Source: a virus (taxonomy: Duplodnaviria; Caudoviricetes). From it: a DNA stretch of 34,311 nucleotides. A model generated the notes under the pieces. It saw nothing but the letters and a program-made list of their open reading frames with translations. It made no database searches and was not told the origin of the DNA. Numbering within the stretch: the stretch's first letter is position 1; each line of letters begins with the position of its first letter. The stretch is taken from positions 1 through 34,311 of IMG/VR virus record IMGVR_UViG_3300022177_000083; one strand, given 5' to 3'. A program made the translations under genes and the position numbers. This document shows, in pieces, positions 1-7,691 of the stretch.

Positions 1-1329
1 TTATTTGTTAACTTTTCCGATGCCAATACCATGATAGGTAAAGCCCAGATTCTTAAGCTCGTTCCGGTCGTAGATGTTCCTTCCGTCGAAAACAACAGGA
101 TTCTTAACCAGTTTGCGGATAACCACCCAGTTCGGGAACCGGAATTCGGTCCATTCCGTCAGCAGAAACAATGCATCGGAATCTATCACGGCTTCGTAGG
201 GATCGTTGCAATACTCTATAGCATCGCCAATTCTGCGTTTTGATTCACTCATGGCAACGGGGTCATACGCTTTAACCCTGCAGCCACCAGCCAGAAGTTT
301 GTCTATGATAACAAGCGACGGCGCCTCCCGCATATCGTCGGTCTGGGGTTTGAAGGACAGCCCCCAGACAGCAATGGTTTTGCCCTTGATGTCGCTTCCG
401 AAGTGCTGTTTGAACTTATTGTAAAGCAGTGATTTCTGTGCATCATTCACGTCTTCAACGGCTTTTAGGATGCGCATGTTGTATCCGACGTTATCGGCGG
501 ATTTGATCAGTGCTTTCACATCCTTGGGGAAGCAGGATCCGCCGTAGCCGATACCAGGATAGATGAACTTATTGCCAATCCGCGAATCGCTTCCAATTCC
601 CCTGCGAACCATATTTACGTCGGCTCCGAGGATCTCGCACAGGTTTGCGATGTCGTTCATAAAGCTGATCTTGGTAGCCAGCATTGCGTTTGCGGCATAT
701 TTTGTCATTTCGGCTGAGGGTACATCCATAAAAATAACCGGATGTCCGTTAAGGGTAAACGGCTTGTAGAGCCTCGACATGATCTCTTCGGCTTTTTCTG
801 ATTCCACACCAACCACGATGCGGTCGGGTTTCATAAAATCGCTGATGGCATCCCCTTCTTTTAAAAACTCTGGATTGGATGCTACGTCGAAAGGGATATC
901 AAGCTGTCGTTTGCCGAGCTCTTCCTGAACGGCATTCCGCACTTTGGCTGCAGTGCCGACGGGAACCGTACTCTTGGTTACCACCAGCATGTACTGGTTC
1001 ATGTGCTGACCAACGGAGCGGGCAACATCCAGTACGTACTTAAGATCGGCGCTCCCATCTTCGTCGGGAGGGGTTCCAACGGCGATAAAAATCACATCTG
1101 AATCGTTTACACATACGGGAAGGTCGGTTGAGAAATGAAGCCTGCCTTTTTCCGTATTCCGGGTGATCATTTCGTCGAGACCCGGCTCGTAAATAGGGGA
1201 GATCCCTTTTTTCAGATTGGCAATCTTCTTCTCGTCAATGTCAACGCAAACGACGTTGATTCCGACTTCAGAAAAACAAGTACCGGTAACCAGTCCCACG
1301 TAACCGGTTCCCACGATGGTAATCTTCAT
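1..1329 (-). CDS. ugd: UDP-glucose 6-dehydrogenase (host gene)
   Basis: N-terminal Rossmann GTGYVG, KSTVPVGT, SNPEFLKEG, catalytic GYGGSCFPKD, C-terminal FKPQTDDMRE and DGRN motifs. Confidence 0.95.
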   Translation of the reverse strand: MKITIVGTGYVGLVTGTCFSEVGINVVCVDIDEKKIANLKKGISPIYEPGLDEMITRNTEKGRLHFSTDLPVCVNDSDVIFIAVGTPPDEDGSADLKYVLDVARSVGQHMNQYMLVVTKSTVPVGTAAKVRNAVQEELGKRQLDIPFDVASNPEFLKEGDAISDFMKPDRIVVGVESEKAEEIMSRLYKPFTLNGHPVIFMDVPSAEMTKYAANAMLATKISFMNDIANLCEILGADVNMVRRGIGSDSRIGNKFIYPGIGYGGSCFPKDVKALIKSADNVGYNMRILKAVEDVNDAQKSLLYNKFKQHFGSDIKGKTIAVWGLSFKPQTDDMREAPSLVIIDKLLAGGCRVKAYDPVAMSESKRRIGDAIEYCNDPYEAVIDSDALFLLTEWTEFRFPNWVVIRKLVKNPVVFDGRNIYDRNELKNLGFTYHGIGIGKVNK

Positions 1330-1366
1330 ATGCGGTGATTTTGTGAGTTTACAATGAGTTAACCGG

Positions 1367-1397
1367 CAAATTTACCAATTAGTATTCAGGCAGCAAA
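1367..1397 (-). promoter_or_regulatory. Bacteroidetes sigma-A type promoter of ugd
   Basis: Minus strand TTTG (1397-1394), 19-nt spacer, TAAATTTG (1374-1367); matches the TTTG/TAnnTTTG consensus 38 nt upstream of the ATG. Confidence 0.7.
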
Positions 1398-1669
1398 AAA
1401 GAGGGCGATATTCCTCTCAATTTCCAGAACAGAGGCAAAATCCGGCTTCTTCAGATATAAAGAGACCAATTATCATAATTTGCCTTTCCCTCGCTGCCTT
1501 TTACACTTTTGTGCGATGATGAATTCAAATTAATTTGATTTAATATGTTTAGCAGGCATTGTTTATTAAAGCGCAGAGTCCGAATCCGTTTTTCCGGTGG
1601 ATTCTTTCCATAGCAACGCTATGATTCCCTTTTGTTGTATATCGTTCAGGGACCTTCTTGTGTTTAAAA

Positions 1670-1696
1670 AAAGGACATTGAAAGGACATTGAAAGG
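1670..1696. repeat. 11-bp tandem repeat AAAGGACATTG x2 plus partial third copy
   Basis: Seen directly: aaaggacattg aaaggacattg aaagg. Confidence 0.7.
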
Positions 1697-1986
1697 TTGC
1701 AGGTATGGATTATAGGTATACAAAAAGGAATGATGGGGGTTTCCATGCGTAAGCTCCGGGATTTCCTGTCAGGGTAAAATAAGGAATGACACCGGTAAAT
1801 TAACGGCATACAAAAAAGGCGGAGGGCAGGTTGAGCAATATCGTACTTTTATATAAGTATAGAAATGGGTATCACATTTTGAAAAAAAAGTAGCGCATTT
1901 GTATCACAAACCGGGTAAAAAGTGGGATATTTTCGCTTTTTGTGTGCTTTTTAAAAATGGCGGTGAAGATATTAAATAGCTGATAT

Positions 1987-2020
1987 ACAAAGAAAAAGCC
2001 GGTATTTCTACCGGCTTTCT
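1987..2020 (-). terminator. Intrinsic terminator after the tRNA 3' fragment and lysis operon
   Basis: Minus strand AAAGCCGGTA-GAAA-TACCGGCTTT followed by TTCTTTG. Confidence 0.8.
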
Positions 2021-2037
2021 GTGATCCCGCTGGGATT
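2021..2037 (-). other. Prophage att core = tRNA 3'-end fragment (probably tRNA-Arg, unverified)
   Basis: Minus strand AAT-CCCAG-CGGGATC-AC reads as T-loop end, T-stem 3' strand, acceptor 3' strand and discriminator; no 5' half of a tRNA upstream; lies just past the last phage gene. Confidence 0.7.
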
Positions 2038-2088
2038 AAATTTAACATTGACAATCAGCTACATAACTAAAAATGTATCACATTTGTA

Positions 2089-2601
2089 TCACATTTTAAA
2101 CAGCCTGGTTATCCGGTACAACACATAAATCAGGGTGGCTGCTCCTACAAATGCAAGTAGTTTCACCCATTTCGGGATCACTTTCTTTTCAACTATCCGG
2201 GTCTGGTCTTTTGAAAAATACTTCTCAGCACGTTCCCAGGTTAGTCGTATTGCGTTTTTTATCGTTATTGGTACGATAGTGTCATTTTGTGTTAAAGTGT
2301 GCATAATCCGGTTATTTTCAATCCAGGCATCACTTTCTGCAAATGATGTACGTAAATGGGATGGTTTGAAGTAAATCATCCCGTCTTTCACATAAACGGT
2401 ATCAGTGAAATATTGGTTTTCTCCAGGGACGGTGATGTAAACGGTTGTGTCACGGAATATGGTTGTTGTTTCCCGGATGATGCTGTCCTTTCGGATAATC
2501 ATTGTTTCAGTAGGAAATTTTCTTTCGCATGCCTTCCGTGTCACACAGCTGGTACCCGGAAGAAGGATTGAAATAATAATTAGTAGTTTAATTGCTTTCA
2601 T
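2089..2601 (-). CDS. Putative unimolecular spanin (lipoprotein with C-terminal TM helix)
   Basis: MKAIKLLIIISILLPGTS-C lipoprotein-like signal; C-terminal hydrophobic WVKLLAFVGAATLIYVLY; follows holin and endolysin. Start taken at second Met. Confidence 0.6.
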   Translation of the reverse strand: MKAIKLLIIISILLPGTSCVTRKACERKFPTETMIIRKDSIIRETTTIFRDTTVYITVPGENQYFTDTVYVKDGMIYFKPSHLRTSFAESDAWIENNRIMHTLTQNDTIVPITIKNAIRLTWERAEKYFSKDQTRIVEKKVIPKWVKLLAFVGAATLIYVLYRITRLFKM

Positions 2602-3005
2602 TTCCAACACTCTTTTTGAACATTAAAGGAAGGGCAGGCTTTAGCGGCAAATTCATTATGACCGTGAACGGTTGATCCCGGGTATTTCTGAAGCAACTCT
2701 TTTACAAGTTCTTTAAGCGATTCTTTCTGATATTCCGTTCGGGTGTCTTTTGGTACCTTATTCTGTTTATCCATCCCGCCCACATAGCAGATTCCGATGC
2801 TGTGAGCATTCTGCCCGGTTACATGGGCGCCAGCCTGGTTGACAGGTCTTCCCTCTGCAACTGTGCCATCAAGGTAAATCACATAGTGATAGCCTATATC
2901 CAGGAAGCCTCTTTTAAGGTGCCATCGTTTGATCTCGTTTACATCGTGCCATCTGCCTTCTGGTGTAGCGCTGCAATGGATGATGATTTTGTTTATTGTT
3001 CTCAC
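2598..3005 (-). CDS. Endolysin, N-acetylmuramoyl-L-alanine amidase (T7-lysozyme-like Amidase_2)
   Basis: IIIHCSAT, IGYHYVI, GAHV, SIGICYVGG, HGHNEF, KACPSF motifs. Confidence 0.95.
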   Translation of the reverse strand: MRTINKIIIHCSATPEGRWHDVNEIKRWHLKRGFLDIGYHYVIYLDGTVAEGRPVNQAGAHVTGQNAHSIGICYVGGMDKQNKVPKDTRTEYQKESLKELVKELLQKYPGSTVHGHNEFAAKACPSFNVQKECWK

Positions 3006-3532
3006 AGTTCGCTAATTTTATCGTCAATCTTTTTATTAAGGATCTTCAGAATCTGGTTGTAAATCGGATGCCCGGTAATTTTTGACAGATTAGCGAAAAT
3101 ACTGGTGACCTCAACGCTGCAAACAAGAATCACCGTTACATTAGCAAGGCTGAAGTTATTCAGTAAGGCACCTTCAAGGGGTGTAATTTTCAAAACAAAC
3201 TTGTCAAATAAGAAGGCAACTATAAAAGCAAGTATGTATGAAACAAGCTTTTCAACGGTGATGCGCAACTTCTTACTCTCAATCGTTGTAAAGAAGGTGA
3301 AGAATCTTACCTTACCCGTTAACTTTGTTTCTTCCTTTCTCAACGCTTCAAGTTTTGTTTTGTATTGAAAGTAAATTGATGTCACAGCATCGGTTATCAG
3401 TAAGAAGATCAGGAAGTGAACATAAGTTGAAAGTGGGGCAAGGGTTGCAAGAAGAATCGAAAATACTTTAGGCAGCCATGTTTGATTGTGTATGTTGGAG
3501 GCTGTCTTGCTTACGATAGCTAAGTAGGTCAT
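3002..3532 (-). CDS. Holin
   Basis: Three hydrophobic segments with SKKLR..EKL..Y and EVTSIFANL motifs typical of phage holin family 4; overlaps the endolysin start. Confidence 0.75.
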   Translation of the reverse strand: MTYLAIVSKTASNIHNQTWLPKVFSILLATLAPLSTYVHFLIFLLITDAVTSIYFQYKTKLEALRKEETKLTGKVRFFTFFTTIESKKLRITVEKLVSYILAFIVAFLFDKFVLKITPLEGALLNNFSLANVTVILVCSVEVTSIFANLSKITGHPIYNQILKILNKKIDDKISEL

Positions 3533-3570
3533 AATTAATCAGTCGATTTATAGTTTTACAATTCATCCCC

Positions 3571-4104
3571 TCAACCTTCTTTTACTACCTTGCCAGTGAA
3601 TAATTTTTCAAGCTTTATTTGCGTTTCGTAAGGGTTATCATATTTGTTTATGCCTTCCACCCCGGCAATCTGAAGCACCCGGTTTACAAGCTCAATGCAA
3701 GAGTGCCGATTATCATTATAAACCCCAAGCCATTTAAACCCGGCAACTTTTAGGATATGGAAGAAGAAGTTCAAATACTCATAACTCTTGTTAACTTGTT
3801 TTATGCAGTAGTTTTCAAGTGAATCAATATCATCAACAACAATGTCCCATTCTTTTACGTATTTGTGCGAATAAAGTGAATAGCTTCTTAACACAACTCC
3901 TTTTCCTATTGCCTCATATTCCCTGTTTCTGTCTTTGAATACAACCGACCAGTGATTACAGGTTTTTATGAATTTCAAGTACGGCTTCCGGCTGAAGAAT
4001 CGGCAGATGTTTACCCTGACAACGTACAGCCACATAAAAAACTGAATTGCTTTTGGTAAGAATTTGTTTGAGCGGATGCCCTGTATTGTCAATACTCCTT
4101 CCAT
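3571..4104 (-). CDS. Permuted papain-like amidase domain (YiiX/YaeF-like NlpC/P60); may also be translated from its own ATG
   Basis: His-before-Cys order: NHWSVV...YEAIGKGVV...QVNKSYEY...SCIELVNRV; ATG at 4104 sits in a TGATG overlap. Confidence 0.65.
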   Translation of the reverse strand: MEGVLTIQGIRSNKFLPKAIQFFMWLYVVRVNICRFFSRKPYLKFIKTCNHWSVVFKDRNREYEAIGKGVVLRSYSLYSHKYVKEWDIVVDDIDSLENYCIKQVNKSYEYLNFFFHILKVAGFKWLGVYNDNRHSCIELVNRVLQIAGVEGINKYDNPYETQIKLEKLFTGKVVKEG

Positions 4105-4965
4105 CAGAAATACGTTTTTGAAGATCCTGTAAACAAAATACCTTAATTTTATATGGGTATGATATGATACATACCCAAGAAAATCAATACCTCTTTTATC
4201 TGTTGGAAATACCTGATAATTGCCTTTTAAGTTAAGTTTAAGATTAGTTACTATGTAGTCCGAAATATTTACCAGTAATGCGTGCAAGTATTTTTTATCA
4301 GAATGGAGTATTACAATATCATCCGCATATCGAAAATAGTACTTTACCTGCTGAACTTCTTTCATATAATGATCGAAATAAGCTAAATATAAGTTGGCAA
4401 AATATTGTGATAGATAGTTACCTATCGGCACACCTTCGGCGGAGTCTATAATCTCATCTAAAACATACAATAGCTTTTTATCCTTTATTTTTTTACGGAT
4501 AATTGATTTAAGAATGTCGTGGTCTATTGACGGGTAGAATTTTCTAACATCAATTTTTAAGCAATATTGTGTGTCGTTGTTCTTAAGGGCTTTATTAAGC
4601 CTTTTTAATCCATCATGTATACCTCTACCTTTTATACAAGCATAAGTATCTCTTATAAATATATTACACCAAACACTTTCTAATTCAAGCATTAGCAAAT
4701 GATGTACGATTCTATCTGGGTAAAATGGAAGTCTTGATATTAATCTTTCCTTGCCGTATTCATTTAGTATAAAAGTTGTATACTTAGATGTTTTAAAATT
4801 CAGGTTTTTTAAATCTTCTAAAAGTTTAGTCAGGTTACCTTCAATATCTTTTTCAAACGCCAGTACACCGTATGATTTCACTTTTCCTTTTCGTGCATTT
4901 TGATAAGCTAATTTAAGATTATCAATAGTGCAAATTTTATCGTAGATACTGTTTAGTCTTTTCAC
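3571..4965 (-). CDS. DGR reverse transcriptase, C-terminally truncated and fused in frame to a permuted papain-like domain
   Basis: GTG start at 4965 (MKRLNSIYDKI); PDRIVHH, KGRGIH, LKIDVRKFYPSIDH, GVPIGNYLSQ (DGR GxxxSQ), RYADD, GIDFLGY. RT similarity ends at HTHIKLR (~4141) with no stop. Confidence 0.9.
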   Translation of the reverse strand: MKRLNSIYDKICTIDNLKLAYQNARKGKVKSYGVLAFEKDIEGNLTKLLEDLKNLNFKTSKYTTFILNEYGKERLISRLPFYPDRIVHHLLMLELESVWCNIFIRDTYACIKGRGIHDGLKRLNKALKNNDTQYCLKIDVRKFYPSIDHDILKSIIRKKIKDKKLLYVLDEIIDSAEGVPIGNYLSQYFANLYLAYFDHYMKEVQQVKYYFRYADDIVILHSDKKYLHALLVNISDYIVTNLKLNLKGNYQVFPTDKRGIDFLGYVSYHTHIKLRYFVYRIFKNVFLMEGVLTIQGIRSNKFLPKAIQFFMWLYVVRVNICRFFSRKPYLKFIKTCNHWSVVFKDRNREYEAIGKGVVLRSYSLYSHKYVKEWDIVVDDIDSLENYCIKQVNKSYEYLNFFFHILKVAGFKWLGVYNDNRHSCIELVNRVLQIAGVEGINKYDNPYETQIKLEKLFTGKVVKEG

Positions 4966-5076
4966 GTTCTGCAAGGCGCTTACTGAATCTTCGCTTTCGC
5001 TACCAATACAGTTAATTAAGCTATTATTGTTTTTTACCGAGTGGCAAGGTTTATGTTTCTTAAAATTATTTCGCAT

Positions 5077-5184
5077 TAGGTGCGCTCCGATATTCGTATT
5101 CGCCTCAGCTGCCGAATTATTCGTATTCGCATAGAAAGCCCCTGCATTCACGCCATTATTCGCATTACCGCCGGAGATCAGAGC
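5077..5184 (-). repeat. DGR template repeat (TR)
   Basis: 108 nt aligning ungapped with VR; nine AAT codons; all 20 mismatches at TR adenines. Confidence 0.97.
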
Positions 5185-5206
5185 CAGAAACATACAACCT
5201 TTATTT

Positions 5207-5225
5207 ATTTTTTGTTACAAAAAAT
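5207..5225. other. Hairpin downstream of VR (candidate DGR homing cruciform)
   Basis: ATTTTTTG-TTA-CAAAAAAT, 8-bp stem about 12 nt after the target stop; AT-rich unlike the BPP-1 stem. Confidence 0.45.
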
Positions 5226-5236
5226 CCGTTTTCGTT

Positions 5237-6481
5237 TTATTTTACGTGAAGGCGCGCCCCGAGAGCCGTAACCGCCTCAGCCGCCGAATAATTCGCATAC
5301 GCAGAGAAAGCCCCCGCAGACACGCCACCAATCGCATAACCGCCGGAGATCAGAGCCCTCCAACCTGCATTAAGCGCTGGTGAAAAGAAGTAATCGCAAT
5401 AATATGTTTGATAACTACCTCCTATAAGTTTTGGTAGTATTTCGGGGAAGTTTAATTCTTTTACATAGCCACCAGTTTCAACAGGGAGCAACTCTGCTAA
5501 TCTTGCATTTACGGATGTGCCATCTGCAAATTGTGCAGGATTATCAAACACATAAGCCTCGCGCCTGTCAGCTAAATGATTAATCGCAACTCCATCAACC
5601 CACTTCCAGATGTGCCCAAATATATTCTCGACGAATAAATATTTGTTAGATGTGAATGTTCTATTAACACCAGCGCCGCCGAAATTCGCGATAACTACAG
5701 ATGATTCACCCCAGTGTCTTGCAAGTGAATTACAGATACCAGTCGCAACAAAAGGGTTATAGCCATTGAAAGCACTCCATTCTGAAGAATTTGCATTTGT
5801 GATGCCACTTCCCAACCCACCTTGACAATAACCATCAACGGTTAAGTCATAGTTGACTGGCTTTTGAAAATTATTCGTAGCAAATTGCAGTTGAAATAAA
5901 TGGATTAATTCGGTGTATGGTTTATGCCATTGCTGCTCAAAACCTGAGCCATTTGCTCGTGCGGCAGCCCTGAAATTAATCATACTTGTTGATGTAGTCG
6001 GCAATACACCTGATACACTGCTTAGCTTACCGCTGACGACACGCCCTTCATATGCTGAATAAAATTGTGGCTCTATTTCAACCCACCCAGCACCTGTTTG
6101 ACGGGAAACGCTAAATTTCATTCTCTCAACAGTCCCAACTTTTTCTGTATACTTCCAGTAGCTTGAGCTTTGATATGACATTACATTTCCATCCGCACCT
6201 GTTAAATCAGCTGCCGTTCCGTCTATTTTTTTTGTTAAGTCAGCAGGGTCAAGATAGTAATTGACAGTCTTATCTGCCTTCATCACACAAGGTTTGAACA
6301 AAGCTTGAACAGGGAGAGTAGCATGAAGACTCATAGCGTCAGGTGATGAAGCTATCCTTGTCCAGTCGGGTGATGATATTGTATTATCACGCTCAATCCC
6401 GTACCAGTCTTGGTTCACCAATGTGCCTTGTTGAACGTTTTTCGCTACCTTCTGAGCGCAACTTTTTGCTATGACTTTCAT
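5237..6481 (-). CDS. DGR target protein, C-type-lectin/FGE-like fold, probable receptor-binding protein
   Basis: ENIFGHIWKWVDG motif, C-terminal GG...LGARL VR, located at the end of the tail module. Confidence 0.85.
   Translation of the reverse strand: MKVIAKSCAQKVAKNVQQGTLVNQDWYGIERDNTISSPDWTRIASSPDAMSLHATLPVQALFKPCVMKADKTVNYYLDPADLTKKIDGTAADLTGADGNVMSYQSSSYWKYTEKVGTVERMKFSVSRQTGAGWVEIEPQFYSAYEGRVVSGKLSSVSGVLPTTSTSMINFRAAARANGSGFEQQWHKPYTELIHLFQLQFATNNFQKPVNYDLTVDGYCQGGLGSGITNANSSEWSAFNGYNPFVATGICNSLARHWGESSVVIANFGGAGVNRTFTSNKYLFVENIFGHIWKWVDGVAINHLADRREAYVFDNPAQFADGTSVNARLAELLPVETGGYVKELNFPEILPKLIGGSYQTYYCDYFFSPALNAGWRALISGGYAIGGVSAGAFSAYANYSAAEAVTALGARLHVK
5249..5356 (-). repeat. DGR variable repeat (VR)
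   Basis: Encodes ALISGGYAIGGVSAGAFSAYANYSAAEAVTALGARL at the 3' end of the target gene. Confidence 0.97.
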
Positions 6482-6483
6482 AG

Positions 6484-7677
6484 TTAAACCGTTTCAAATG
6501 TTCCGTCCGTGCCGTTTGTCGTACCGGCTGAATTCACTGCTACAAATCGGTAATGATAAGTTGTTTCAGCATCAAGTCCTACTGCCCTTGAATGCACCCA
6601 AACAGCGTCAGTTCCTGCTGCAATGGTTCCCTGGTCAACGGGGAAGTTTAAGCCGTAAGCTGTTGTTTTTCCAACTTCAAGCGTAACTTCCGTTTCAGCT
6701 CCGTTAGGCGTGATATTTGCACCTATTCTGGCTTCACTTTCATTGATAAAGCCTTCGGCAACGCTTGCAATCGTTGGAACGGCAGCGGCTAACGTGGCAA
6801 AGGTCTGATCTGAACCGTTTGTTATCCCGGCAGCGTTTACCGCAACAATCCGATAATGATAGGTTACGTTCGGCTCAAGACCTTCAAGGCTGGCAGAAAC
6901 TGTTTCAGCAGTCAGACCGGCATCAAGTGTGCCAAGTGAAACATTTGTGCCGTATTCGGTTGTTTTTCCGTATTGAAGCGTCACAGCTGTTGCGGAACCA
7001 TTTGGAGTTACACTTGCCTCAATATCAGCTTCCATCTGTGTGATATTATTTTCTACTTCGCTTGTAACAGTAGCTACAAGAGCATCCAAAGTTGCAAAGG
7101 TTTGATCAGCGCCAAATGTGGTGCCTTTTGCGTTTTTTGCAACAACCCGATAGTGATACGTTGTGCCTTCTACAAGCCCGGTAAGCAGAGCGGTGATTGC
7201 CTGTGCTGTTGCTCCGTCCGTTAGTGGGCTTTCTTCTGCTTCAACAATGCTTCCGTATTTGTTTGTCAGCCCGTATTCAACGTAAACATCAGTAGCACCT
7301 CCGTTTGTCGTGATGTTTGCCCCTATCGTGGCATTCATCTGGTCAATGTCGCTTTCAGCTTCATCGGCAACAGTAGGTGCCGTTACCCCGGTGATGTCAA
7401 AGGTCACATGCACATAGCCTGCAAGCAGGTCAGTGAGCATAATTCCACCTTCTCCGGTGGTTGCAGATATAGTAAGTGCAACAGCATCCCCAGCAGCATT
7501 AACAAGGTCAACGGCATTAGCTGCTGTGCCATCGTGGCTCCATTTAAAGGAAGCGGCAACATCAACATCAATACCATCAAGTTTTACAAAAAGGGAAAAC
7601 GCATGATCCGTTTTCGGGATGATTTCAGTATAAGGCATTGCCGTGATTCCCCTGGTAAGTGTGATTTTCTTTTCCAT
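6484..7677 (-). CDS. Virion protein with three fibronectin type III-like repeats
   Basis: Three ~95-aa repeats with YG.T..YG and L...TTYHYR.VA.N..GTT.G.DQTF.T motifs. Confidence 0.8.
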   Translation of the reverse strand: MEKKITLTRGITAMPYTEIIPKTDHAFSLFVKLDGIDVDVAASFKWSHDGTAANAVDLVNAAGDAVALTISATTGEGGIMLTDLLAGYVHVTFDITGVTAPTVADEAESDIDQMNATIGANITTNGGATDVYVEYGLTNKYGSIVEAEESPLTDGATAQAITALLTGLVEGTTYHYRVVAKNAKGTTFGADQTFATLDALVATVTSEVENNITQMEADIEASVTPNGSATAVTLQYGKTTEYGTNVSLGTLDAGLTAETVSASLEGLEPNVTYHYRIVAVNAAGITNGSDQTFATLAAAVPTIASVAEGFINESEARIGANITPNGAETEVTLEVGKTTAYGLNFPVDQGTIAAGTDAVWVHSRAVGLDAETTYHYRFVAVNSAGTTNGTDGTFETV

Positions 7678-7691
7678 GATTTATGTGTTTT

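Larger units (their letters stand above)
1869..2093. repeat. Four GTATCACA direct repeats (candidate integrase arm-type sites) flanking the att core
   Basis: GTATCACA at 1869, 1901, 2075 and 2086; the last two are an 11-bp tandem pair. Confidence 0.6.

Noticed and set aside
2021-2037. Complete tRNA gene
   Set aside because: Only the last ~17 nt are present; upstream sequence gives no D or anticodon arm
1549-2054. ORFs 1549-1809 and 1872-2054
   Set aside because: No recognisable motifs; the second runs across the att core and terminator
4104-4142. Alternative-frame peptide GILFTGSSKTYF* as the remnant of a specific accessory gene
   Set aside because: Twelve residues are too few to assign
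3571-5193. Group II intron, retron or Abi-type RT
   Set aside because: GxxxSQ motif and an adjacent adenine-specific TR/VR pair identify a DGR RT
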